Shown here piece by piece: positions 25,479-38,589 of a stretch of DNA of 64,000 bases; positions within the stretch are counted from its first letter, which is position 1, and each line of letters opens with the position of its first letter. The DNA comes from Neoconidiobolus thromboides FSU 785 (taxonomy: Eukaryota; Fungi; Entomophthoromycota). Position numbers and translations under genes: made by a program. Location of the stretch: positions 118,943-182,942 of the forward strand of contig MU626274.1 in the NCBI GenBank assembly GCA_025603075.1, read 5' to 3'. The notes under the pieces are model-generated. The model made no database searches and was not told the DNA's origin. It saw nothing but the letters and a program-made list of their open reading frames with translations.

Positions 25479-25824
25479 TTGTCTTTAAAATTTAATGGAA
25501 TTATAAAGGTTATTTCTTTATTAAAAAAGATACAATACTCTAAGCCATAGTATAGAAAAAAAAATTAAGTGACATTTCAAAATATTTAGCACCCCACTAT
25601 TAATTTTGTTGAAAGCGCTATGCATAGATCACAGATTCTAAAATTATTATAGTGCAAAAGAAGGAGAAATATAATTCACTATGCTTAAAATATATACTAT
25701 ATAAAAACATGAGGGCAGGAGATTAATTTTTAAGTTGACTGTTATTTTGTTTTGTTAGTTTGTGGTATATAAGGTACTAGGACTAATTATAGCTTAATAC
25801 AAAAAGTTACAAGCCCATTAGTTA

Positions 25825-25922
25825 ATGGAGATGTATTTTTGTTTAAAAATTGCACTAATAATCTTTCCACTCAAATAGCGCTTAAAAAATGGAAAAATAA
25901 TGAAACTAAAAAAACACACTCT
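25825..25922 (+). mobile_element. MITE-like repeat, copy 6
   Basis: ATGGAGATGTATTTT...TTTCCACTCAAATAGCGCTTAAAAAATGGAAAAATAATGAA. Confidence 0.8.
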
Positions 25923-26954
25923 GATATTGATACAGAAGTAGACTTAGTGGAGATGATTGATAAATATAAGGTCGAAAAAAGACAAAGAGTTAAATATCAA
26001 ATAAATCTGTATAAACAGTTTTCTTTGTCCTTTAGAATAACAATCAGATATTAAAAGCAATAGGACTATATGAAGTCTACGGATGTTGGATACATATTCC
26101 TTAAAGATGAAAGGCTTTAATTACTTGATTTGAATTAAAGCTTTGTTGTAAGCTATATATGTTTATTGATAGTCGAACTATCAGAGTACAGAAAAGGTGT
26201 TCCAAGTTTGATAAGATTTCAATAGTTTTTTTCTATCTATTGTTTATAATTGCTATTTATTCAATTAACTCATACATAAACTTCACTACTATTAAATATT
26301 GATATTTATCTGTAGATGCTAAAAGAGGTGATAGATTTCTACAAGGAAATATGGCACGAAGTTTTCATATACATCAAAAATATACAAATTTTAAATTTAC
26401 CAGTTGCACTATTATTTTTTTTAAAACGACAATCAATAGTTTAGCCTACTCTACATCGTCCTGGAAAACCTATGAACAACTAATAGGTAGTAGAATAAAT
26501 AAATAAAAAATAGTATAGGTCTAATCTCATAGATGGAATCCAGTCCTTTGATCTCAACAAGGTATTATTCAATTCAAAAGGAGTTACTTAATCCAAAAAG
26601 TAAGTTTTCTTAAAATAGTGAACTATGAACTTTGAGTTTGGTCCATACGGCAAAGAGCATGACTCCACAAACTAAAGAAAGAGGATTTTAAATTCTAGCT
26701 TGATTTGGATTGCTCAAACCCATCAGCTGAAATTTTTGGTGTTTTAATTGATGAGATGAACTATTTATTCATTGTATTGCCTTTTGCCTTACTTGATATT
26801 GGATAATAGTTAGCTCACTTCAATAAAAAACATTTTTTAATTAAAATAGATTTCCAAATATAGTAAAAAAGTGACGTAACTCCTTGAATTTTAGGTTTAT
26901 TTGAAAACTAACTGTTAAAATTTAAATTCAATTTTGTTTTCCAATTAAAAAATA

Positions 26955-27602
26955 ATGAGTAACTTCAATTTCTATTTCGAATATACTAGTACCTACTCCG
27001 CAATCGCAGCCATCCGTATCAAAGATTTATACCACTCTGGAAAACTCTCCCACATCAATCTCAATTTAAAACCTTTCTTATTAGGTCTGGTTTTCAAAAA
27101 TAATGGTAACACAAGCGGCCCCTTGAGCAATATACCTAAAGCCAAATACATGATGAAAGATTTTACACGTGTTTCTGTAAAGCAATTAGGCTTTGCGTTA
27201 TCCATTCCAAAAAAATTTCCTTTAAAATCCAATTTAGCTACTCAGATTACCACTTATCTCATCAACTCTCAACCTTCAAATAAAGAAACTATGGGTAAAT
27301 TACTCAACTTTATAGCTGCTGTTTATATCTCTGGGTTTCAAAAACATGCTGATATCTCTAATGTGGATGTTCTGAAACAGTGTTTAAATCAAATATTTCC
27401 GGAACTTGATGCCGATCAAGTTATTAGTTTAGGATCCAATGCTGAGTTCAAAGAAAAAGTAAAGGAAACAACTGAAGAAGCTATCAATTTAGGTATCTTT
27501 GGTGCGCCTTCGTTCATTGTTAAAGACCAACTATTTTGGGGTCAAGATAGACTTGATGAAGCACTTCAGCTTTGTGGGGAGAAGCAAAAGGCGAAGCTTT
27601 AA
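26955..27602 (+). CDS. DsbA-like 2-hydroxychromene-2-carboxylate isomerase / GST-kappa family protein, paralog 1
   Basis: FYFEYTSTYS N-terminal motif, LKPFLLG, and GIFGAPSFIVKDQLFWGQDRL C-terminal motif; intronless. Confidence 0.88.
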   Translation: MSNFNFYFEYTSTYSAIAAIRIKDLYHSGKLSHINLNLKPFLLGLVFKNNGNTSGPLSNIPKAKYMMKDFTRVSVKQLGFALSIPKKFPLKSNLATQITTYLINSQPSNKETMGKLLNFIAAVYISGFQKHADISNVDVLKQCLNQIFPELDADQVISLGSNAEFKEKVKETTEEAINLGIFGAPSFIVKDQLFWGQDRLDEALQLCGEKQKAKL

Positions 27603-27996
27603 ATAAAGATTGAAGGAAAGTTAGTTTGTTGTTTATTTGAGCTGCTTTATGATGTTTGGTGGGCTGTAGTTATAATTCAAACAAGTTTATATCATAAAAT
27701 CAAAGTGTCATCAGATATACAATTCCATTTTACATGTCAATTGTTTTCTATAGCCACGTCACTTTTAAAATCATTTTCTATAAAAAAATCTAAAGAAATC
27801 TTTTTGCTACGAAATAATGCCACACATATAAAAAGATGTGCTAGGAATCTTTTATTTTATATTTTTATTCAATTGCAATATTACATTTTTGATAGATTTT
27901 TGAAAAATGGCATGTGTCTAATTTTATATTAGTAATTCTAAACTAGTCATAAAAAATGCCAAAGCTAAAACTTGATTTTGTTTTCTTTATTAAAAA

Positions 27997-28647
27997 ATGA
28001 CTAAACTCAGTTTCTACTTCGAATATTCCAGCCCATACTCTGCAATTGCAGCCATTCGTCTTAAAGATTTATATCATTCTGGTCAACTTTCCCATGTTGA
28101 GCTTGATTTAAAACCTATTTTACTTGGCATAATCTTTAAACAAAACGGTTATAAAGGTGACTCAACAAATGGTGTTAAATCCAAAGCCAAATATTTTGCA
28201 CTTGACTTCACTCGTTCGTCTGTTAAACAATTAGGCTATCCTTTAACTTTCCCAAAGAAGTTTCCTTTAAATTCAAGCTTAGCTGCTTTGCTTACTCTTT
28301 ATCTTATCAACTCTCAACCTTCTAGTAGAGAAGCTGTGGGCAAATTATTGAACTTTATTGCTTATGTCTTCATTGCTGGATTCCAAAAGCATGACGATAT
28401 CTCTAAGGTGAATGTGCTGAAACAATGTCTAAGCCAAAGTTTCCCAGAACTTGATGCCGATAAAGTTTTGAGTTTAGCATCTAATAATGAGCTTAAAGAA
28501 CAATTGAGAAAGATAACTGAAGAAGCAATTGAAGCAGATATTTTCGGAGCACCTTTTTTTATTGTCAAAAATCAATTGTATTGGGGCCAAGATAGACTTG
28601 ATGAAGCACTTCAACTTTGTGAACACAACCAGAAGGCAAAGCTTTAA
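27997..28647 (+). CDS. DsbA-like HCCA isomerase / GST-kappa family protein, paralog 2 (tandem duplicate)
   Basis: FYFEYSSPYS and IFGAPFFIVKNQLYWGQDRL; colinear with paralog 1. Confidence 0.88.
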   Translation: MTKLSFYFEYSSPYSAIAAIRLKDLYHSGQLSHVELDLKPILLGIIFKQNGYKGDSTNGVKSKAKYFALDFTRSSVKQLGYPLTFPKKFPLNSSLAALLTLYLINSQPSSREAVGKLLNFIAYVFIAGFQKHDDISKVNVLKQCLSQSFPELDADKVLSLASNNELKEQLRKITEEAIEADIFGAPFFIVKNQLYWGQDRLDEALQLCEHNQKAKL

Positions 28648-29283
28648 TAAACTGGAAGTTCATAAACTATATTATTTTTATACTTGCTATTATGTTTTTT
28701 ATAATCAATTATTTAAACATTTTAATTTATAATTTTAAAAAAAATGTATGGTATTAATTACCGTTGTTCCTATGACATAAAGATTTATTAAAATAATTTC
28801 AATTTTCTGAGTTGAGAATAATTGCTAAAACTGAAATAATTTCGGATAAATTTAGTAGCATAAGAGCATATAAAAAATCAACAGTCATTCCGAAAAAATA
28901 AATTAATAAATATTATACAAATCTTGGGAAGTCAGAAGGATGAATTATCTTTTAAGGTGCACTTACTCATTAAATAAGTGAAAGTATATTTCATCTATTA
29001 AAGAACTCGTAACCTTCTAAATCTTCAAATTCTTTAGATAAAGTATATCAATATTTTTCAAAGCTTAATTTCAAATAAATAACCCTTCTGCATAAATAAT
29101 TAAAAAATATTGTATATGATATGTAATATACACTATTGTAAGCATCTTGAGATGTTAAATAATAATACAGAAATATTTGAATGTAAATAAAAGGGATTAA
29201 CATAGCTTTATAAAATTTTATTATATGAATGATGTATAAATGGCTATAATCATTTTAATTTTAACTGGAACTTAAATAGCAAT

Positions 29284-30669
29284 TTAAGGTAAAAGACGTT
29301 TGTTATCAATCAATTGAAAACGATTAAAACGATTAATATTTTTGTGGGCTAAAATTTGGAAACAAGTAGATGAACCTTGACGGGCAATAAGAGTAGACCA
29401 AGCCAAAAACACTTCCCACTTACGGAACCATTTAATTCCATACTTGGTTAAGATTGCTTCTTTGTTGGAGATCCATAATTCATACCAACGCTGTAATGTA
29501 GCTGAATAATGTACACCAATGGTATCGACGTTGAGTACTTCAAATCCTGCCTTTTCAAGTTGACCAATGAACCAATTAAGTGGAGTAGAAGCATCAGCAC
29601 CTGGAAATACATATTTAGCCATAAAGAGACCCCATACGAAGTCTTCGTATTGCCAAGTGGAACGGAGACCAGCTACTTGCATATAAAAGAGACCATCATC
29701 TTCAAGCATTTCACGGATTTGAAGCATAAAAGCATTGAAATTAAGGACACCAATGTGTTCAGCCATTTCAAGGCATGAAATCTTATTATATTTTTTTCTT
29801 TCAATATCACGAGCATCTGAGCAAATAAACTTAGCAGATTCACTTACACCATATTTGGCAGCACGATCATTAGCGAATTGAAACTGTTCTTTAGCAAGAG
29901 TAACACCAGTAGCTTTGACACCAAAATGCTTAGCAGCGTGACATACAAAGGTACCCCAACCACAACCGAGATCTAAGAGAGTTTCACCTTCTTTAAGTCT
30001 TAATTTTTTGGCGACTAAATTCATTTTGTTTTCTTGGAGTTCTTCAATAGTTTCTTTTTTAGTGACATCAGAAACAATACCAGAGGTATAGATCATAGGT
30101 TCACCAAGGAAAAAACCATAAAAGTCGTTACCACGGTCATAATGTTCACGTACTTGGTCAGTATCTTGTCTTCTAGAGTGCCATAATAATTCGGGGATAA
30201 AACCACTGAGGAAATAGAGACCTTGATGGATGGTCAATTCAAAGGTGGCCCAGTCATATCTAGATTCAAAAATATCTAAACAATCACCTTTTAAGTCAAT
30301 CTTACCCTCAAAATAACTTTCAAAGAAGGTCTCCATAGGGATTTTGTTACGTCCCGAATATTGTTTAAGGCTATCATCTTTAATGGTCATGTATTCTTCA
30401 ATGTTTTTACCTGGGAGTTTGACGCTTTGATCCACAGGCTGAGCAAGACGGGAGTGTATAAGAATATAACCACAGAAAACAATGGGTATATAAAGGATCA
30501 TAAAGTAAGGCATAGCTGCGTAAGATAACCCTAATTTGAACCCAGTGTAGATACTTAAAGCACCACTAACACCAAATAAAATATAGTTGCTAAAAGTTTG
30601 ATTACCTGGCCCTTCCGCTGGGAAAGGGGGGACCCTAACTGATTTAATTTGCTCTAAAGGTACAACCAT
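29284..30669 (-). CDS. MTS1: Sphingolipid (glucosylceramide) C9-methyltransferase, CFA-synthase family
   Basis: FPAEGPGNQTFSN, GRNKIPMETFFESYFEG, QVREHYDRGNDFYGFFLG..MIYTSG, LDLGCGWGT SAM motif, KYVFPGADASTPL. Confidence 0.92.
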   Translation of the reverse strand: MVVPLEQIKSVRVPPFPAEGPGNQTFSNYILFGVSGALSIYTGFKLGLSYAAMPYFMILYIPIVFCGYILIHSRLAQPVDQSVKLPGKNIEEYMTIKDDSLKQYSGRNKIPMETFFESYFEGKIDLKGDCLDIFESRYDWATFELTIHQGLYFLSGFIPELLWHSRRQDTDQVREHYDRGNDFYGFFLGEPMIYTSGIVSDVTKKETIEELQENKMNLVAKKLRLKEGETLLDLGCGWGTFVCHAAKHFGVKATGVTLAKEQFQFANDRAAKYGVSESAKFICSDARDIERKKYNKISCLEMAEHIGVLNFNAFMLQIREMLEDDGLFYMQVAGLRSTWQYEDFVWGLFMAKYVFPGADASTPLNWFIGQLEKAGFEVLNVDTIGVHYSATLQRWYELWISNKEAILTKYGIKWFRKWEVFLAWSTLIARQGSSTCFQILAHKNINRFNRFQLIDNKRLLP

Positions 30670-31622
30670 AATGTTAAGTTTGTATAAAAAACAATAAGGG
30701 TGAAAATTTTTTACACTTTTATAGAGTATTATGGTTGACCAATGAAACTCGAATTCATATGCAAGGGTATATTGAAATTGTCATTTTTGATAATTTAAAA
30801 TAGAATAATATGTAAGATAATGTGATTGGTGGTGGTTTTCAATTTGGAACTTAAAATAGCGAATTGATGAAGAATAAAATGAATAAATGACCTAATTTTA
30901 ATAAATGCTGCTTGCTAATTTAAAGCTTGAAAAAGAAAGGTGGGACTTCCTTTATTGTAAGATTAGCAATAAACTTATTACAAATTCAACTTGATGGCTT
31001 ATTGTGAATGTATAATAAATTAATTATTATTGGCCTTATTTTTACTTGATTTAGTAAGTGTATTTTGATATCATTTAAGATCTAGCTTCAATATATAATT
31101 AACATGAAATAGAACTTGAGTTTTTTTGTGATTTAGTTTTAAGTCGGGTTAGTTTATGGTTTTATTATTTGTTGTTCATTGTTTATTATCTCAGAAACCA
31201 AATTCCTCTAATTGAATTTTCTTATTCCATTTTTGATTATTTTCAAAATTTTACTAGAGAATATCATTAAAATAGAATTCTTATAAGAATCATCATGTCA
31301 ATTTTTACCACTTGAAAAATAAATTAACCGTTGTTTGTTTAAAAATTATAGTTTATTATTTACAAAATTACATAATTGTATTTTCTTTGATTAAAACTAC
31401 TTTGTGGCATATTTTATTATTTTACTTTTAAACTAATAAAGTTAAATATTAACCTAATAAAAGCTTTATATCTTCTTTACTACTATTTTATACAACTACA
31501 CTAATTTTGTTTTATTACTTTTTAAAAATAATTAATTAACCATATAAAATACAAACACAAATACGAATACAAATACAAAGTAAACCTTAAAGAAAGTAAA
31601 ACATAATATAAATTTTTATTCC

Positions 31623-34048
31623 TTAAAAAGCAATAAGTAACTCTTCGGGTTCATTTTCTTGTTTAGGCTGAGATACTTCCATAATTTCTTCAGCCCCCAT
31701 ATTAGCTAAATCTTCTAAATCTTTAGGTGGTGAGTTATTAGTATTAAGTTGAGGTACTTCAACTCTTCTTTCTTCTTTGATAAAAGTAGTAGGCAACTTG
31801 TGATATACTGAAGCTAAGGTAGATAAATGGTGCATCAAATCTTTAGCTAATTGTGGATGAATCATGGGTCCCTCTTCTTCGAGCTCCGGTCTCTCATTTA
31901 ATATTATATCCTAATAGAGTATATTAAGTTATAACTTATACATTATATTATAAACTTACATTAGTTGCTTTAGGATCTGTTGATAATAATCTCCAATATA
32001 CATAACCTCTATCTCTAACATCTGGGTTTTCAACTTCAGTAGCTATCTTAAGATTCTTAAGTACAATTTCTTGTGCTTCATTTGGTTTCTTTAAAAATAA
32101 TTTAACAACTGCAGTCAATAATTGGTTTTGAACCTAAAATCGTATTATATTAATGTACAACCAAATGTATATAAATAAATTACTAATGAAGTTTCTTCTT
32201 TAAAGTTGTTAAGGAAAGATTGTAATAAAGTGGTGGCATCATTAATACGGTCAGCATATTCTCCGAGAATCCAAATTAAAGAGGCTTTGGCTTCAGATGA
32301 TTCTAAAGCTTCTAAATGTTGAGATAATATAGGTATAACACCCTCATATTTATTTGGATATTTACGGAAGATATCCTAAAGTAAAATATTCAATATAAAC
32401 CTAAGTAGTGAAAATATAAATTAATTTACCTTCATAACAATAATGACTTCTTGGACAATAAAATCGATCTTATTGGATAATAAATCAACCAAGATCTGTA
32501 CACATTTTGGTGAAGAAGCAGGGATCTTTAAAGCAATACGTGAAATAGCTCTAATGGCTCTCTGTACAAAGTCAACATCTACTTCTGAGGAGTATTCTTT
32601 TAATTCCATCAGTACTTGATCGGCATTTTTTTCATTGACTAGCTTAACCATTAACTCCAATTTTTCTAATTTAACATAAAGTGGATCTGTATACTTGCAA
32701 AAGAATACTCGTATTTCTTTACTTAATACAGTTGGATATTGTTGTAAAATAATTTCTAAATTTCTTAATATTACATATTGTAACTCAGGTGATTCGGAGA
32801 GTAGAGTAACTATTTCATTATTAAAATACTATAAATATTTAATAATAAATTATATTTTACCTAATGGTGGTGCCATTTTTGAGGTTACTTTTGTATGGAA
32901 AGTTTTATCTGGAATATACTCTAACAATAATAAAAGTACCTAAAAATTAGTTAGCAATTAAGATTAATAGATGTATAATTTATACTTACTCTGATTGCAG
33001 ATAATACTACTGAGGCATTAGCATGTGCTAGACGAGGTATAACTCTTTCACAAATGTCTTGAGCTTCAGCAGATGATTCAGGTTTATATTCGGACATTAT
33101 TTCTAATATACTTATTTGACCCCATCTATTATTAATTTCAGTTAACAATATAACATTATACTACAACAATAAGATATTTACTCTGAACATTCATTTAGGG
33201 CTCTTACTAATTTTGTTAAAATTGGATAAGTAATTGTAAATACTTTTTTCCCACTTGACATTTCATTAATTTCCATTAAAGAGGTAATTGCATTTGAAAT
33301 AACCTAAATGTATTAAATCTATTATTTTGAAATAACTGATAACTTATACTTACCATTGGATTGTTATCAGAAACCAAGTCTAATAGACTATTAATGAATC
33401 CGTTATCAATAGCAAGTCCTGGGTTAATATCAAATAATTTTGAAACTGCAATGGCAGCTGTTTTACGAACATAAGGGTCTTCATCCTAAATTATTTAGCT
33501 CTCTTATTAGGGAAAGTCGCGTATTATGTTACCTTCAATGCTTTTCTTAATGGGTCACATAAATAATCCGTAATCTTATCTACTCTTATACATCCCATTG
33601 TTCTTATTGCTAAAGCTCTAATTAATGGATTATGATCTGTTGTATCCTAAATTTATTAATAACCACAAATTATTAAATTTGACAACCACTTACTTTTACA
33701 AAGGTATTAACGGCTAAGATGACTAATTCGGGTTGAGATTTAGCATAGTTAATCAAATAAAGATAGATAAGTTTCTTTAACTCCAAGTCATCAGTTTGCA
33801 TATTTTTGACCACATCTGGGAATAAATTGGATACATCTTTGCCAACAGTCATTGAAGCAATCACTCTCTTAACGGCTTCTTTTCTTCTAAAAGCATATTC
33901 ACTGTTTAGCTCCGTTCTTAACTCATGGGTTTCTCCTTTTTATATTCTTTAATTATTAAATTATTTATGCAACTCTATTTTTACCTTTAATAGTAGAAAC
34001 AAAATATTTTTCCGCCATGTTGCGGAGATCAGCTATCATATTCTCCAT
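31623..34048 (-). CDS. AP-1/AP-2 adaptor complex beta subunit (beta-adaptin), multi-exon
   Basis: [91 protein letters not shown]. Confidence 0.95.
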
Positions 34049-34406
34049 TTTAAAGTATGTTTTTGAATTATTAGATTGTGCTTTAGTTTTATTGTTTAAA
34101 GGAAATGAAGTTTATTTTTTTAATTTATTGTTATTTTAGCCATTTTCTATCAATTTATTGTCTAATTCTTATTTGCTAGTGCTTTGATTTGACATAAATA
34201 CTTTGAAATTACAAACATTAGATTATACGATATAAAGTATATATTATAATTTTTACATTATAAAATTGTATAGGTCTTATAAAAAAATGATCTATGTAAA
34301 AGTAAAAGAAGCTTAATATAGACTATACAATCGATAAAATAATACGGACTAATTTATTCTAATACAAAATGTGATAATAAAGTGAAATAAAGTGATAATA
34401 GACCAT

Positions 34407-35473
34407 TTAAGAACGTGGCTTGAAATAATTGGAATGGCCTTGAATAAAGACATCAACAGGGGTAGGATCAATATTTAAAACTTTCTTCAAATCATCGGAG
34501 GGGTTTTCAGCATACCCTTTTGCAACAAGGTCATAATAGTCAAGTAATAAGTCAATCTTATCTTCACTTACATGCTCATTCATCATTAAAACTTTCTTAG
34601 TTTCTTTACGATCCGCCTTTTTATATTCATAGTCCATATCTAACACAGTAGAAGCAATTTCTACCAATTCCTTACCATTAAGCTTTTTGGGACCTAAAAT
34701 TATTAGCTAATGTCCTACTTTTATAATATTATTTACCATTAAATTGTTTATAATGAACCTCTCCTTCGACTAACTCCTCAGTCTTACTCATTAATAACTT
34801 AATGAGTGCTATTGCAATATCCTGGGAGTAAACAGGCGCAAATTTTTTATCTCCAAAGGAGAATACCATCTTACCTTTATCTTGCATAGCTGGGGCTTGG
34901 AGCTTAAGTTCATCTTGGAACAAATCACAACTAATAACAATTTTAGTAATTAGATCCACTTTTATAAACATTGTTTTAACTTACTGCAAAATACAGCGAT
35001 ATTTAGATTTAATAGCTGTAATACATTTCTCGATTGCGTACATCTGCGACATCATTTTGCCTTCTGAATGTTTGGCTCCGATCCAAGATACCATCCCAAG
35101 ATAATGTGGTTGAATCTCATCGAGTAATTTTAAAGTAGAATAAAGTAAACTTTGATCATGCTTTTTAGGCGGGATTAACACAATGTGTTGCTTTTGATTT
35201 AAGTGCTCTTTTAACTCTTTTTGTTCTTTATCATTGATTTCAATTAATTTGATCTTTTTATCTTTTAAATGTTTCTTGAATTCATCCTTGATCTCATAAA
35301 CACCAACGAGTAATTCTTCGTATTCATTTGTGTGTTTCTTGGTCAATAAGTCAATGAATTTTAAGCCTTTAATAAAAAATTAGTTAATTTATTAGTTCCA
35401 GTGCTAAATAGTTACCTAGGTGGCTATTTCCCATTAATAAACAGATGCTGTGTTTATGAGTTGATTGAGACAT
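34407..35473 (-). CDS. NmrA-like/atypical SDR NAD(P)-binding protein, multi-exon
   Basis: MSQSTHKHSICLLMGNSHLG start. FSFGDKKFAPVYSQDIA and GPKKLNGKELVEIASTVL resemble the NmrA-family C-terminal half. Confidence 0.65.
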
Positions 35474-36387
35474 TTCTTTAAGTTTACGATATCAGATTTT
35501 TTAGTGTAATTTTATTAAAAGTTTTTTATACTTATATTTATACTTTTCGAATTTCTCGATCCTTTATTAAGTTTTGTTTTATTTTGATTAAAGGCCATTG
35601 TTTTATATCAAAGAATTATTAAATTAACTATTAAATTAGATTGAATTATTTCTTTGTTTTGATTATATTGATTCTTCTTAAGCTCTTGATATGTTTTTAA
35701 TTAAAATTTTAATTAAAATTTTCTTTGTCTAAGGCCAACACATTTCATTTTATCAATTAAATTAAACTATTATAAACTTGTTTTCTAATTGTTTTTGTTA
35801 TGGAATACTTATTTTACCAGTTTATTTATGGCCTATTAATAAACAATATACATATCTCTTTATACTTAAAATTAATCTCAAGAATGATTTGATATAGTAT
35901 TCTATTGTTATCATCCTTTTGACATTTTTCAAGTTGTGATAATATCATATGCATTAAATGATGACAATCAAATATGTCAAGTATTTCTATAGGTGCAAGG
36001 GCTATAAAGTTTTATTAACTATAAGCTTTTAGTCTTTCATTTATTTTAAACGACCATTTTGATTTTGAGGTTAACTATAGCTGTAGATAAACAAATAGAG
36101 TATTCATTACAAAAGTGCTGTCCAGATTATTTTAACCATATTTATCAATAAATAATTAGTATACTATAAAGATATATGGATGTTATAATTAATCAATGTA
36201 AAAAATGAAAAGTATTTTGATCTAAAAGTTACATAGGGTTGTATCTATGTTTTATTAACACTTTTAAACTATAACATCGAAAACATTGTACGATATATAA
36301 GTGGAAATCATTATTTTAAACAAGAATATTCTATATACTGCCTTTTTGTTAGCTTATTAATTCATTTTTGTAAAAATGCTAGTATGA

Positions 36388-36492
36388 ATTTGGGGGCTGT
36401 ATTTTTTTGTTCAAAAATTTTATTAATAATTTTTCCACTCAAATAGCGCTTAAAAATGGAAAAAATAATGAAGCCAAAAAAACATCTCCATT
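36388..36492 (+). mobile_element. MITE-like repeat, copy 7
   Basis: TTTGGGGGCTGTATTTT...TTTTCCACTCAAATAGCGCTTAAAAATGGAAAA...ACATCTCCAT. Confidence 0.8.
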
Positions 36493-37271
36493 TTATTAGC
36501 CTTTGCATTTACAAATATTATAATCTTTCAAAATAAATCTTTTGCTTTCAATAACTAATGGTTTTTATTAGTACATAAACACTAATAGAAGCTTTATTTA
36601 GATAATCATCAGATTACAATACTACAATGTTAGCAACCAAAAAGTAAAGCTTTTGAAATATACTACTTCTTATTTAATATCACAAAGTAAAATAATGAGT
36701 TCATTATATAAGAGTTACTTTATGGTATAATGTCAAATAAAAAAGGAGAATGAATTTTCTTTAAAATTGAGGCAAAAAGGGAGTAACCTATTTAATAATA
36801 AAGGTGCTGTTTGACCTACAAACAGCTATAAGGATAGCGTATAAAATACTCAACTGAATACTTAAAACTCATAATGGAGCCTTTATGAATAAAGACTAAA
36901 GAAAAATATAACATGTTCAATATAATATTAGGAGCCAAGTTTTTATTTTTCATGGAGAAATCGCAATTTCACCCTTATTTCTCAAGCATGTAATTAAAAT
37001 TTTGAGTACTTACAATTCATAAATTGTAGTGACAACACTTAAAGTTCCATATAGGTTAATAGAACATAATTTATTTTACTATAAAGTCAATAAATATAGA
37101 GTTTATAAAAGTATAGTGAGGTTCAACTTAATGTTTATTTTCAGAACATTTGCCGAAGCAAAGTATAAATTATTAAATCTTAATATATTAAAAAATATAT
37201 AATCTATATAGCTATATAAAGGGGCTTTAGGAATTTTTTCATTATCATTTAATAAAATCAATCGATTCAAT

Positions 37272-38174
37272 ATGGAAGTTACTCTATTTCACCTTATACT
37301 GGTTTTGACAACACTAGTAGCTTTTACAGTCAACTCATTTTTAATAGCATTTGCATCTATGATTCTAAAAAAAACCAAAGATATCCCTTTGATTATTATG
37401 ATAGCTTCCATAGAATATCTCGGCCCGCTACCAATCATAATCGATTTAGTTTACTCAAAATTATATGGATATGGGCTCATTGAAACTAAAGCTGGTTGTA
37501 ATTTGAGTGGTGCTATGACCTCCTTTGTCTATTTTTTTGAAATTGTATTAAGTGCCTTTTTAGCTGTTGAAAGGCTATCTTTGTTTATAAAATCAAGAAT
37601 TGTTAAAGTTTTATTCTATTATTTAGCAATTTCTTGTTTACTGTTTATGTCACTACTAGTTGGAAGTGCTAGTACCAATGGCTTTATACCCACTTTAACC
37701 GATTTTACTTGCGTGCTTAACATTACAGATTCCATTTTATCTATTTTTACCTATTTTTACCTTATGGTTACTACTACAATCAATTTAATCATTATAATAG
37801 GCTGTTATCATTATATAACAAAGAAAGTGAATGGTACACAAGAATTTGTCAATTTAAGTAGTTTTGGAAATGAAGCATTCAAATATAGGAGTAAGATATT
37901 TCAAAACGCTGTAACAAAAATATATATCACACTATTCCTTTATGGAATAGCTATGATTTGTTCCACCATTTTTTTTCTATTGCAAGGTATCTTTCTTTAT
38001 CCCAGTGTCATACAGAATAAGCACTATTCTACCATTTCATATTATACTGCTACGTTGGCTTTTCTTATTGGTATTATTATGAACTCAATTGTGATCTTAA
38101 CTACACATACGGGAGTTGCTATAGAATCTAGAAAAGCTTTTAGGTCTTTTAAAAATTTATTTCTAAAAAAATAA
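37272..38174 (+). CDS. Class A (rhodopsin-like) 7TM receptor-like protein, paralog 1
   Basis: Seven hydrophobic segments, TM1 Asn, TM3 GC...LAVERL (E/DRY-like), ECL2 Cys (FTCVLN), TM5 GCY, TM7 NSIVIL; intronless, 300 aa. Confidence 0.75.
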   Translation: MEVTLFHLILVLTTLVAFTVNSFLIAFASMILKKTKDIPLIIMIASIEYLGPLPIIIDLVYSKLYGYGLIETKAGCNLSGAMTSFVYFFEIVLSAFLAVERLSLFIKSRIVKVLFYYLAISCLLFMSLLVGSASTNGFIPTLTDFTCVLNITDSILSIFTYFYLMVTTTINLIIIIGCYHYITKKVNGTQEFVNLSSFGNEAFKYRSKIFQNAVTKIYITLFLYGIAMICSTIFFLLQGIFLYPSVIQNKHYSTISYYTATLAFLIGIIMNSIVILTTHTGVAIESRKAFRSFKNLFLKK

Positions 38175-38482
38175 TAATAAAATTTGTATACTTATATTAG
38201 GTTATTGCAATTACCTATATATATTATTATTTATACAACTATCTTGATTAGATTTTCTATTAAACTATAATACTTAAAATTGTTGTCTATTATACTTTTT
38301 AAGTACTATCAGATAATTATTTTATCAATCAGTTTAACTTTAAACCGAGTTTTAGTTCCTTTTCTTTTGGACAAAATTTTCACCCTACTATGGATATATA
38401 GGTTAAAAATTCAAACTAGGTTGATAAGAAAACTTTTCAATAGTAATTCAAACCAAGACTAAACGAAAAAATCATTATACTA

Positions 38483-38589
38483 AATGGGAATGTATTTTTG
38501 CGTTTAAGAATTTTACTAACAAATTTTCCGCTTAAATAGCACTAAGAAAATGGAAAAAATAATGAAGTCAAAAAAAAACACCCTCAAAT
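38483..38589 (+). mobile_element. MITE-like repeat, copy 8
   Basis: ATGGGAATGTATTTTTGCGTTTAAGAATTTTACTAAC...AATGAAGTCAAAAAAAAACACCCTCAAAT. Confidence 0.8.

Noticed and set aside
31623-31865. Beta-adaptin ending without an ear/appendage domain
   Set aside because: Ear-less beta subunits ending in a clathrin-box-like motif are known in fungi (e.g. yeast Apl2); not novel.
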